DNA of 64,000 nucleotides. Source: Candidatus Daviesbacteria bacterium. GTDB taxonomy: Bacteria; Patescibacteriota; Microgenomatia; Daviesbacterales; UBA10151. The notes beneath the pieces are model-generated. The model worked only from the letters and a program-made list of their open reading frames with translations, made no database searches and was not told the DNA's origin. Of the stretch, positions 37,137 to 46,030 are shown one piece after another. The stretch covers positions 63,391 through 127,390 of the forward strand of contig JACOXI010000005.1 in the NCBI GenBank assembly GCA_016176335.1. Direction: 5' to 3'. Made by a program: the position numbers and the translations under genes. How positions within the stretch are numbered: the first letter of the stretch is position 1; the number at the start of each line of letters is the position of its first letter.

Positions 37137-40100
37137 ATGGTTAGCCCAAAAAAATCTCTGGTGGCCATTATTGGCCTGATAGCAGTTTCCCTGTGGATTT
37201 TAATTCCCCAGTCTGCTTTTGCCACTTCAAGTAAATATTATGATTTTGGCCCATATTATGGCGGTTCTTCTGTTTTAGGTTTTTCCTTCTCCAACTTGGA
37301 AAACCTGCCTGTCCCTCAAATTGCGGATAGCCTGATGCCACCTAAAGCAGGCGGTATTTTGCCTGACAATCCTTTTTATGCTTTGGAAAAGGTGGTGGAG
37401 AATGTCCAACTTACTTTTACATTTGATCCTGTAAAAAAAGAGCAGTTGAGGCTTGATATTGCTAGCGAAAGATTATCTGAAGCTAAAACTTTAATGGATC
37501 AAGGTAAAACCCAAGCAGCCTCTCAAGCCCTGGATGATTACGGCCAGACCTTAACTGCCCTCAGCCAAAATCTAGCGGCCATTGCTCAAAGAACCGATCC
37601 TGCTGCCCAAGCTTTAGTCAACAAAGCAGAGGAGGTATCTGCTACCCAGGCAGTGGTTACTCAAGCCTTAAGTTTAACTTCTTCTCCTGCTCAAGCTGAA
37701 AGCTGGACCCAAGCCACCAACATCACCAGATACTCTCTTGACAAGGTAGCCGAGGCCAAAGGCGAACCTGCTATACCTACGGAGTTTTCTTCCAGTATCC
37801 AACAACTCAAAGAACAGGGGCTGATTTCGGAAGAAGAAAGTAATAAGTTATACAGTTTCAAAAACCGAAGCGAAGTCAGGGACGAGCTTAACAAACTCTC
37901 TTCCTCGGGCCAATTTCCTATTTCGGAAGCTGTTAGATTAGACGATGCTGTCACCAAATATTTCCCGGATGTACAGAAACAGTACCTAACTAATTTACAG
38001 GTTGTAGAATTAAAATCCTATCAAACTTTACCCCAGCCTGACAGCAAAACGGCAGAAGAGCTGAAAAAGTGGCAAGCTAATCCAGCTACCCCCCCATCAA
38101 ATGATATCAAACCATATTTGTGGTATAACCGAGCCCAGGATTTAGCCCGCGATGTTGACCTGTCGAACTTTTCACCAACCCAGCAGGGAGACTTAGTCAA
38201 ATTCTACCCTCAAGCTGTTCAAACTAACCCAACTTATTCCCCTCCGCCCAGCCCTTCTCCTGTACCAGCTGACGCCTCGCCTGCCCCCTCACCCACCTCT
38301 GCTGTTCCTGCCTCACCTACACCTTCCCCCACACCTCCTGCTGCCGAACCTTATCTGCAAGGTACAGGTGGAGCTTTGCCTGGTGAGCCTTTCTATTTTA
38401 TAAAGCAGTGGGGAGAGGGTTTAACCTATACCTTTACTTTTGATCCGGCCCAGAAAGCCAGACTGAGGATGCAGGAGGCTGAACGCCGTCTGGCTGAAGC
38501 CGAAGCACTGGCCAATGATCCCAAGAAAGCCACCTTATATGAATCTACCCTCAAAAGTTACCAGCAAACTCTCGCTGATGCTTCAAACATCGTCAAAAAT
38601 CTGAAAGATACCAAAGCATCTGAAGAGGCGGCAGCCAGATTAGAAGCTCAGGCAGCCAGACATGAGGTGGTTTTTGAAAAAGGGCTCTTGCCTCCTCCTC
38701 CTCAAAATCCCACACTGACCTCTGATGTTATCAGGACAGCGGAGGATGCCATGGACAGAAGCGCTGATGTTTTGGACCGACCGGCGCTGCCGCCTGTCTT
38801 GGCCTCTCGTCTGCAAGATCTCAAAGCCCAGGGCCTGATCCTGCCTGAAGAAGCAGAAGATTTAACCCGATCTGCTTCGCGAGAAGAGGCGCGGGAAAAA
38901 ATTAGAAAATTGGTTGAGCTTAACACTTTTCCCCCGGCTGATGCCAAAAAACTGGATGAAGCCCAAGCTGTAGTTTCCCCTGCAGACTACAATCAGCTGG
39001 TGGAGGTCAGGAAAGTTGAGGAGTTGCAAAGTTTGAGATCAGTCCAAACTGATCTGGCTCAAACTCCCACCTTAAGATCCACAGCCACCACTTTAGCCCA
39101 AAAGGAGGTGGCTTTAACTAACTCTTTTGATCCTACACTGATCAAACCAGAAGATCTAGGAGGTAAAGAAAACTTAATTAAAGCCTATGAAAGACTGACA
39201 GCGGTTCCTCGTCCTATTAATGGCGGGCAATTTGGTCCCGAAGTCACACCTGGCGCTCAACCATCAGCTACTCCCAGACCTCAAGATGCGGTTTTGTCTG
39301 CTTGTCCTGAGGGGGCTACCTTCAAACAATCTGAAGGCTGTATTTGGGCAGATAATGGCAAGCGGATTAATGATTATGACCAGTATAAATGTGAAGGCCC
39401 AAGACAATATTATTCTTTTGCTGTTAAGAAATGTGTGGCTTCTGACTCAACTCGCGGTTATCAAGAAGATGCCCAGCCAATCTGTCCAGTAGGTTATTCC
39501 TGGAACTGGCAGGCTCAAAGCTGTCAGACAGCAACAGGCGGGATTCTTCCTTTCCCCAGCCCCTCGCCTGTAGTAGACCCTATTAATGATGAGGAACGAG
39601 AGGCCAGGTCAAAGAGTTGTCCTGAGGGAGCCTCCTATCAACCGCCCAATGGCTGTGTTTGGGATAAAACTGGCAAATCAGTTTATGATCCTGAGCAATA
39701 TAGATGCGGTCGAGGTCAATACTATTCATTTGAGGAAGGGAAATGTGTTGCCTCGCCAAAAGAGGGAGAACCTTATCCCAAAAATACCACTCCAGTTTGT
39801 AAAGAAGATGGAGCTTATTGGAGTTGGAACGAAGGAAAATGTATTCAAGCTGTTTTTCCATCAGAGCAAAAAGGAGGACCGGGGGCAATTATAATTGATG
39901 AGTTTAGACCTCCTTTTATCGCTCCCAACAGTCCATTCTATATTATTAAACAAGCAGCGGAAAGAGTACAACTTGCTATAGCATTTACTGCCCCAGCCAG
40001 AGAACGAGTCAGCTTGTCTCAAGCTAAAGAAAGATTAATTGAAGCTGCGGACGCTCTAAAAAGAAATGATGAAGGAGCTGTTAAAAAAGCTTTAGACACT

Positions 40101-41801
40101 TATACTTCTATGATGCAGGATATTGTATCTGACGTATCTAAGGAACAGCTGACAGAGGGGGCCAAAATCGAAATCGGGAAGCTGTTAGCCGAGAAATCAG
40201 TTGAGCAAAACCTGCTATTGCAGAAGCTTCAAGCTTTGGCCCCAAGTGCACAAGATACGGCCATCAGTGCTGCGGTATCAGCCACCATCTTAGGGGTGGA
40301 TAAAGCAGCAGATGTTGCTGGCGAGCCGCCAATTCCAGATGAACTCAGAAGCAAAATTGAAGCTTTGCCGGAAAAGATGATCTCAGAAGAAGACAAAAAG
40401 AAACTTTTGGAGATGAAGTCTCGAGTTGAAGCCAGACTCCAAATAGGAGGCTTGGTAGCAAACGGGGCTTTAACCCAAACTGACACCAGCTTCTTAAATG
40501 AGGATTTTGATGCTGTTGATCAAAACGCCAGAATCAAGGTGGAGGAACTCAAAAAACTAGAGGAGATTGCCGATGCTGCCGAGACCAAAGATAAACTGGA
40601 AGAAAAGATAGGTAAGAACGAAGAAATTGCCCAAAAACTCCAAGACTTTGAGAAAACCTTTGAGCCGGGCAAAGAGGTACCAGCTGAAATCCGTCCTTAT
40701 ATCCGGCTAACCCGCATTAACGAGATAGCCCAAACCGTCAGACCCGATACTATCAACCTTGAAGACTTCTCAAACCGCAAGGATCTTATGTTGGCAGTAG
40801 CCACTCTACAGGAAGAATACAGGCCCACCATAGATGCTTTAAGACAAGTAGAAGACTTTAGAAGAAGAAATCCCAATGCTGCCTTGCCGCTTACTTTGGC
40901 CCGGGTTGCGGCTTTATCCGTAAGCCTTGGGGTAAGAGAAAAAGCCGGACCATGTTATCTACCAACACCCCTCTTCCCGGCCAACACCCCTTGTCCGGCG
41001 CCGGGAGCAGCCATCCCCATTAGTTCCTTTACCGGGATCGGGCCTACCATTGTTGATGAGTTTCGCCCCGGCTGGCCAGGTTCAGCATATCCGTCAGCCT
41101 ATCAAACAGGTCCTACTACCGATAAAGATGGCAATCCCTTAGTCTATGGCCAAGGGCCTCAACCAACCAGCGCCGGGGTTTGTCCTTCAGGTTCTCACTG
41201 GATGTATGATAGTGGTGGCTGGTGTATGTCAAACAGTGGCAACTACAGTTCCTCCTATTCCTACACGCCTTCTGGCACTGGTTCCGGTTACACCCCTTAT
41301 AGTCCTTATTACACTGCCCCGGGAGCGCCTCCGGCAAGCTATGGCTACCCAGGATCCGGTTCTTATTCTAACTTCATAAACACTTACTCGCCTCCAAATT
41401 ACTGGAGTCCTGCCCCCACCAATTACACTACCACCCCACCTACTGGCACGGTGCCAGGATCTGGACCCAGGCCAACTGCTCCTGGTCAGTGTCCATCAGG
41501 GTATCATTGGATGTCTGATTCCGGTGGCTGGTGTATGGCTGACGGACCAACCTATGTACCCAGCGGCTCACCATACAATTATCCGGCGGGTACAACTACC
41601 AGTGGCGTGCCGTCAGGAAGCTTGAATTGCGGCTCCCAGAGCTTTAATCCGGCTACCGGAAGGTGCAATGATGGCGCCTGCCCCGGAGGCTTTAACTGGG
41701 ACGGCTCAAGATGTGTAGCCAGCAGTCCCAGTTACTATTCTCCTAACTTAAACCGGATATTACTGGGATGGCAGAGGCTGTATTCGCACAAGCCCTACTG
41801 A
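37137..41801 (+). CDS. giant secreted modular cysteine-rich protein (N-terminal 1554 aa before frameshift)
   Basis: Signal peptide. Three ~55-aa modules (P.NPFY.L/IK...TFTFDP...A.ERL.EA). Four Cys-rich ~45-aa modules (CPEG...C.W...GK..YD...Y.C....YYSF...KCVAS). G/S/Y/T-rich tail with CPSG[SY]HWM.DSGGWCM repeats. Confidence 0.7.
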   Translation: MVSPKKSLVAIIGLIAVSLWILIPQSAFATSSKYYDFGPYYGGSSVLGFSFSNLENLPVPQIADSLMPPKAGGILPDNPFYALEKVVENVQLTFTFDPVKKEQLRLDIASERLSEAKTLMDQGKTQAASQALDDYGQTLTALSQNLAAIAQRTDPAAQALVNKAEEVSATQAVVTQALSLTSSPAQAESWTQATNITRYSLDKVAEAKGEPAIPTEFSSSIQQLKEQGLISEEESNKLYSFKNRSEVRDELNKLSSSGQFPISEAVRLDDAVTKYFPDVQKQYLTNLQVVELKSYQTLPQPDSKTAEELKKWQANPATPPSNDIKPYLWYNRAQDLARDVDLSNFSPTQQGDLVKFYPQAVQTNPTYSPPPSPSPVPADASPAPSPTSAVPASPTPSPTPPAAEPYLQGTGGALPGEPFYFIKQWGEGLTYTFTFDPAQKARLRMQEAERRLAEAEALANDPKKATLYESTLKSYQQTLADASNIVKNLKDTKASEEAAARLEAQAARHEVVFEKGLLPPPPQNPTLTSDVIRTAEDAMDRSADVLDRPALPPVLASRLQDLKAQGLILPEEAEDLTRSASREEAREKIRKLVELNTFPPADAKKLDEAQAVVSPADYNQLVEVRKVEELQSLRSVQTDLAQTPTLRSTATTLAQKEVALTNSFDPTLIKPEDLGGKENLIKAYERLTAVPRPINGGQFGPEVTPGAQPSATPRPQDAVLSACPEGATFKQSEGCIWADNGKRINDYDQYKCEGPRQYYSFAVKKCVASDSTRGYQEDAQPICPVGYSWNWQAQSCQTATGGILPFPSPSPVVDPINDEEREARSKSCPEGASYQPPNGCVWDKTGKSVYDPEQYRCGRGQYYSFEEGKCVASPKEGEPYPKNTTPVCKEDGAYWSWNEGKCIQAVFPSEQKGGPGAIIIDEFRPPFIAPNSPFYIIKQAAERVQLAIAFTAPARERVSLSQAKERLIEAADALKRNDEGAVKKALDTYTSMMQDIVSDVSKEQLTEGAKIEIGKLLAEKSVEQNLLLQKLQALAPSAQDTAISAAVSATILGVDKAADVAGEPPIPDELRSKIEALPEKMISEEDKKKLLEMKSRVEARLQIGGLVANGALTQTDTSFLNEDFDAVDQNARIKVEELKKLEEIADAAETKDKLEEKIGKNEEIAQKLQDFEKTFEPGKEVPAEIRPYIRLTRINEIAQTVRPDTINLEDFSNRKDLMLAVATLQEEYRPTIDALRQVEDFRRRNPNAALPLTLARVAALSVSLGVREKAGPCYLPTPLFPANTPCPAPGAAIPISSFTGIGPTIVDEFRPGWPGSAYPSAYQTGPTTDKDGNPLVYGQGPQPTSAGVCPSGSHWMYDSGGWCMSNSGNYSSSYSYTPSGTGSGYTPYSPYYTAPGAPPASYGYPGSGSYSNFINTYSPPNYWSPAPTNYTTTPPTGTVPGSGPRPTAPGQCPSGYHWMSDSGGWCMADGPTYVPSGSPYNYPAGTTTSGVPSGSLNCGSQSFNPATGRCNDGACPGGFNWDGSRCVASSPSYYSPNLNRILLGWQRLYSHKPY

Positions 41802-42588
41802 TACTTCTTACTATTCTCCCAGCTCGTACTCGCAAGGTTGCACTCCAGGTTATTACTGGAATGGCAGTAAATGTGTGGCAGGTAGCAATGAAGGTTCAGG
41901 GTGGTCAGATACAGCTGCCAGATCCCAATCCTGGTGTCAACCTCCCTCAAACGGCTGTGGCTCTAATTCTTATTGGGATTATGGTAGCTGTTACTGCAGC
42001 AGCTCAACCACTTATTATGGAGGTAGTGGTCCCTCACCCAGCAATCAATGCCAGGGTCTAAGCTGCGGTGGAGGCGCATGGTTAGATTACTCAACCTGTA
42101 GTTGTAAGTATTCAGGTGGTTCTGGAACTAGTTCTACAGGATCTACCATCACTTGTTATCCTCCTTCCGCAGGTTGTCCAGGCGGCTGGTATGATTATGG
42201 CACTTGCAGCTGCAAAACCAGCTACTCCGGCACAAGTTCCGGCTCAGGAGGAACAACTACCACCGGTTCTTGTCCTTCAGGCTCCCATTGGATGAGTGAT
42301 AATGGTGGTTACTGCATGTCTGATACCGGAGGAGGCACATCCTCTTCCGGCTCTACCACCACTTCATCCGGAGGATCAACATCAAGCGGATCCTGTCCTT
42401 CGGGATATCATTGGATGAGCGATAATGGTGGCTGGTGCATGCAAGACGGCGGAGGCTCGACCTCAAGTAGCGGCTCAACAACTACTACCAGTGAACCGGC
42501 TCCGACCACTACCACCACTACCACATCTGAACCGGCCCCCACACCTACCAGTTCCGAACCTGCGCCAACACCTGCTCCCAGCCCTTAG
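41752..42588 (+). CDS. C-terminal continuation of the giant protein in the +1 frame (frameshift near 41745..41760)
   Basis: The frame holding ORF 41875..42588 encodes TGYYWDGRGC...CTPGYYWNGSKC, then CPSGSHWMSDNGGYCM and CPSGYHWMSDNGGWCM repeats identical in type to the upstream ORF. Ends in a T/P-rich tail. Confidence 0.55.
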   Translation, partial: TGYYWDGRGCIRTSPTDTSYYSPSSYSQGCTPGYYWNGSKCVAGSNEGSGWSDTAARSQSWCQPPSNGCGSNSYWDYGSCYCSSSTTYYGGSGPSPSNQCQGLSCGGGAWLDYSTCSCKYSGGSGTSSTGSTITCYPPSAGCPGGWYDYGTCSCKTSYSGTSSGSGGTTTTGSCPSGSHWMSDNGGYCMSDTGGGTSSSGSTTTSSGGSTSSGSCPSGYHWMSDNGGWCMQDGGGSTSSSGSTTTTSEPAPTTTTTTTSEPAPTPTSSEPAPTPAPSP

Positions 42589-42801
42589 TCCTTAATGTCA
42601 GTCAATACGACACATTGACAAACATGACATCATAAGTTAAAATAATTTGGCTTAAGACAGTGAGTGGAGCGAAGCGACATCCTGAGCATAGTCGAAGGAT
42701 GCTTTACACCATAAATCTCACCGAGGCAGTTTAGTATATCGTAAGATTGAATATCGTATATCGGAAAACCGATAAACAATAAACGATTAACGATAAACCA
42801 A

Positions 42802-42826
42802 AAACGCCTCAGAAAGGCGTTTTTTA
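42802..42826 (+). terminator. rho-independent terminator-like hairpin plus T-run abutting the rplJ start codon
   Basis: aaacgcc-tcagaaa-ggcgttttttaa, then ATG of rplJ 2 nt later. A-run on the 5' side makes it bidirectional in form. Confidence 0.5.
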
Positions 42827-42827
42827 A

Positions 42828-43364
42828 ATGGCTAAAACTAAACAACAAAAAGAGCAAGCAGTACAACAAATACAAGAAAAGCTGGGCAAGGCCAAAGCTA
42901 TAGTTTTTGCTGACTATAAAGGCTTGACCATGAAGCATTTATCCGATTTAAGAAATAAATTGCGTGATGTTAATGGCGAATTCAGTATAACCAAAAATAG
43001 CTTACTTGAACGTGCTCTTCCCGCCTCCAACTTTGAAGGTCCAACAGCCACTCTTTTTGCGTATGATGATCAAATTACCCCTATTAAAATTTTGGTCAAA
43101 GCGCTAAAGGATGCTGCCATTGGTAAAGTTAAGGCGGGGTTTTTAGGAGTTGATGTCCTGGATGAAAACAAGATTCTTACACTGGCCAGTCTGCCCTCTA
43201 AAGATGAACTGAAAGGTCAAGTTGTGGGACTATTGGCAGCTCCACTTCAAGGTATGGTATCAGTACTACAAGGAAATCTAAGAAATTTAGTGCACGTAGT
43301 GCGCGAACTTCGTTCAGTATATACATTATCAGAAATTCAAAAAGCGAAAGGAGGTGAAAGTTAG
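42828..43364 (+). CDS. rplJ: 50S ribosomal protein L10
   Basis: 178 aa. Start MAKTKQQKEQAVQQIQEKLGKAKAIVFADYKGLTMKHLSDLR. Confidence 0.85.
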   Translation: MAKTKQQKEQAVQQIQEKLGKAKAIVFADYKGLTMKHLSDLRNKLRDVNGEFSITKNSLLERALPASNFEGPTATLFAYDDQITPIKILVKALKDAAIGKVKAGFLGVDVLDENKILTLASLPSKDELKGQVVGLLAAPLQGMVSVLQGNLRNLVHVVRELRSVYTLSEIQKAKGGES

Positions 43365-43440
43365 TATATCGTAAATCGGTTATCGTATATCGGAAACACA
43401 CAAACCATAAACGATAAACCATAGACGATCAAACAACCAT

Positions 43441-44088
43441 ATGGCAGATGATCAACAAAAACAAGATCAACAATCAGAACAGCCTAAAACTGAAGAATCA
43501 ACAGAGGGAGCGAAGGCTGCCGCAGATTCTCAACTGTCAGAGGCAGGCGAGATCAGCAGCGAGAGCACAAGTTCTGACGTGCACGAGCCTGGTCGAGCTG
43601 GTGGCGAACCGCCAGCTGGCGGTGAGCCAGCCGAGTTGGAGAATCAAGGCCAGCCGAGCGACCAAAGCGCACCAGCCAAGAAAAAACCTGCTCCTAAACC
43701 AGTTTCAGCAAACTTAGAAAAGATAATTGAACAAATTGAAAAATTATCAGTTCTAGAACTGGCTGATTTAGTACATGCTTTAGAGGATAGATTTGGGGTT
43801 TCAGCATCCGCACCAGTTATGGCAGCAGGACCAGCAGCCGCCTCGCCTTCGGCGGGCGAGCCAACGGAGGAAAAAACTACTTTCAATGTGGTTTTAACAG
43901 CAGCAGGTGCCAATAAAATTGCAGTGATAAAAGCTGTCAGGGAATTAGTCCAGACTTTAGGGTTAAAAGAGGCAAAAGATTTGGTGGAGTCAGCTCCAAA
44001 ACCTGTTTTGGAATCAGTTAATAAGCAGACTGCTGAAGAGGCAAAACAGAAGCTTACGGCAGCAGGAGCGACAGTAGAACTTCAATAA
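43441..44088 (+). CDS. rplL: 50S ribosomal protein L7/L12 with ~90-aa GC-rich N-terminal extension
   Basis: L12 core from [28 protein letters not shown] to ...AAGATVELQ. Acidic/Pro-rich N-terminal extension. Confidence 0.85.
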   Translation: MADDQQKQDQQSEQPKTEESTEGAKAAADSQLSEAGEISSESTSSDVHEPGRAGGEPPAGGEPAELENQGQPSDQSAPAKKKPAPKPVSANLEKIIEQIEKLSVLELADLVHALEDRFGVSASAPVMAAGPAAASPSAGEPTEEKTTFNVVLTAAGANKIAVIKAVRELVQTLGLKEAKDLVESAPKPVLESVNKQTAEEAKQKLTAAGATVELQ

Positions 44089-44214
44089 CCCTATTGACAC
44101 CATCTGTTTTGTTGTGATATACAAAGAAATAGATCATCTTATTATTGAACCAGAATACCTCGCCAAGTCAGACTTGGCAGGGATGAATGGTTCGATAAGA
44201 ACTTGTTCGTTCGT

Positions 44215-44454
44215 ATGGCTAATAATAAATTATCACTGGAAAATCTCCCTGATTTACTAACTGTTAAAGAAGTTGCAGAAGTTTTGCGTGTTTCACCCTT
44301 AACCATTAAAAGGTGGGGCAAAAGAGGAAAATTACCTGCTATAAGAATTAATAGTAGAGGTGACAGGCGTTATAAAAAAGAGGCGGTGCTATGGCTTTTA
44401 GGTATAACCCAGAAACAAGTTTCAGGTGAATCCACTACACCTACTTCATACTAA
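44215..44454 (+). CDS. helix-turn-helix DNA-binding protein (excisionase/MerR-like HTH)
   Basis: LTVKEVAEVLRVSPLTIKRWGKRGKLPAIRI. Confidence 0.5.
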   Translation: MANNKLSLENLPDLLTVKEVAEVLRVSPLTIKRWGKRGKLPAIRINSRGDRRYKKEAVLWLLGITQKQVSGESTTPTSY

Positions 44455-44650
44455 ATATCTCAAAACTCAAATCGCAAAACATCAATGCTGCCTTCGGCAG
44501 AACAAAAATACAATTCAAATCTAAAATCTTTTAACGGTTTTGAGATTTAGGATGTAGATTTGACCCATTCGGCTTCGTTCAGGGTCATCCTGAGCATTGT
44601 CGAAGGATGCCATTTGAGATCTAAGATTTGAGATTTAGCACTTAAGTACT
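44455..44650. repeat. heptamer-repeat arms flanking a conserved core (ggtcatcctgagcattgtcgaaggatgc)
   Basis: Arms tctcaaaactcaaatcgcaaaac ... gatttgagatctaagatttgagatttag. Core has hairpin catcc/ggatg. Related cores at 42667..42702 and 61174..61220. Confidence 0.75.
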
Positions 44651-44697
44651 CTATTCTGCTAATTGCCATTGAAAAGGTTATCCGAAAAGCATAATCT

Positions 44698-45207
44698 TCA
44701 TTCTGTTGTTATTTGCGGGTGTAGTTTGTAGTGGGAATTTTGTTCAAAACCAATTTCTCCCTTTTTCTCAATAATATAGTAAGCAAGTCCCTTTTTCGTA
44801 ATGATTGGTTTAGAATCAATATTATTTGATTCCAAGTCTATATTTCCCACAACTACCAAAAATGCTTTCCCTATATTTACCAAAGACATTGCCCAACCAG
44901 CCGGTATACCAACTTGTCTTCCGGGATTTAAAGTGACAACCTTAAACTCTTTTGCCTCACCCAAAGTATCATTTCTTTGCATAAGCAAAACCCCCTGACC
45001 ATACAGGCATTGATAAACTTGCACTCCCGGATAATTACTTAAATATCCTTCGGTCTTGTTGTATTCTACCCCGTTTTGTCCTGCGGAAATTACAAAAATA
45101 ATTTGATCTTTTTCTACAATAAGATTGTAAGGTTCCTTTATAATGGGTCTGGCCCGAGGATCCATTAACACATCTTTTATATCTTTATACTTTTTTGTAA
45201 TGATCAT
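44698..45207 (-). CDS. cupin-fold hypothetical protein
   Basis: 169 aa, beta-rich. Weak resemblance to small cupin sugar isomerases, no metal-binding His seen. Confidence 0.3.
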   Translation of the reverse strand: MIITKKYKDIKDVLMDPRARPIIKEPYNLIVEKDQIIFVISAGQNGVEYNKTEGYLSNYPGVQVYQCLYGQGVLLMQRNDTLGEAKEFKVVTLNPGRQVGIPAGWAMSLVNIGKAFLVVVGNIDLESNNIDSKPIITKKGLAYYIIEKKGEIGFEQNSHYKLHPQITTE

Positions 45208-45238
45208 AATTTCAGCTTAAACGGAATAAATAGGATAG

Positions 45239-46030
45239 TCAACCCTTCAGCTGAGCTCTCAAAAGCAAATACAGGTATTGTATTAAAGCCAGCTGCCTTT
45301 TGATCCTCCATGGTTGAAGACACAACCTGAACAACCACTCAAATCCTAAATGTTGTATCCAAATTGGAGCTCTGGGAACCTTGCCGCTTATTATATCAAA
45401 TGCTCCCCCCACCCCCATAGCCACTTTAACAGGAATTTTGGGCAAATTTTTAGCAATCCATTTTTCTTGTTTTGGAGGACCAAGCGCCACAAACAAAATA
45501 CCTGTTTGTGGCAGATTTAAGATATAAGATTTAGGATTTATGATTTTCTCTCTATTCTTAAATCTTAAATCATAAATCATATCTCCATCATCATTAAAAA
45601 TCCCAACTTCACTGGCAAACGAGACTTTAAGTTTTGGATATTTCCTCTTCAAGCACTCAGCCGTTTTTTCTGCTATCTTCCCTCTCCCTCCTAAAAAGCC
45701 TGTTGTAAAACCCTTTTCTTCGGCCATCTTTACCAACCCTTCCATTACATCTATACCAGGGGTAGTCATAACTATATCACCAGTAAGTTTCAACCCTACC
45801 CCATCAGGAACTGCTAAATCCGCGTTATTTAATATCCTTTTAAATACAAGGTCTTTTTGGGCCGCGACGATAAACTCCGGATTAGGAGTTACTATGTAAT
45901 GTTTACCGGGATTCCAAATCCAATGCTCTACTATCGTAAGCGCTTCATTAAGACTTACATCATCAATTTTGATTCCCAGAACATCTACTTTCATAAATTC
46001 TCCAATACCCCAAGTGTTTCTTTTGCGCAT
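45239..46030 (-). CDS. tagA: WecB/TagA/CpsF-family glycosyltransferase
   Basis: 263 aa. Family motifs (IVTPNPEFIV, DLAVPDGVG). Contains an in-frame heptamer-repeat insert (YDLRFKNREKIINPKSYILNL). Confidence 0.75.
   Translation of the reverse strand: MRKRNTWGIGEFMKVDVLGIKIDDVSLNEALTIVEHWIWNPGKHYIVTPNPEFIVAAQKDLVFKRILNNADLAVPDGVGLKLTGDIVMTTPGIDVMEGLVKMAEEKGFTTGFLGGRGKIAEKTAECLKRKYPKLKVSFASEVGIFNDDGDMIYDLRFKNREKIINPKSYILNLPQTGILFVALGPPKQEKWIAKNLPKIPVKVAMGVGGAFDIISGKVPRAPIWIQHLGFEWLFRLCLQPWRIKRQLALIQYLYLLLRAQLKG

Noticed and set aside
42650-42830. Promoter calls (-35/-10 boxes) in the AT-rich leaders
   Set aside because: In a roughly 38 % GC genome, TATAAT-like hexamers occur by chance everywhere, so I could not single out convincing -35/-10 pairs without transcript data.
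44698-45207. Cupin-type glucose-6-phosphate isomerase call for the 169-aa protein
   Set aside because: The metal-binding His/Glu residues of cupin PGIs are not recognisable. I left it as a generic cupin-fold hypothetical.
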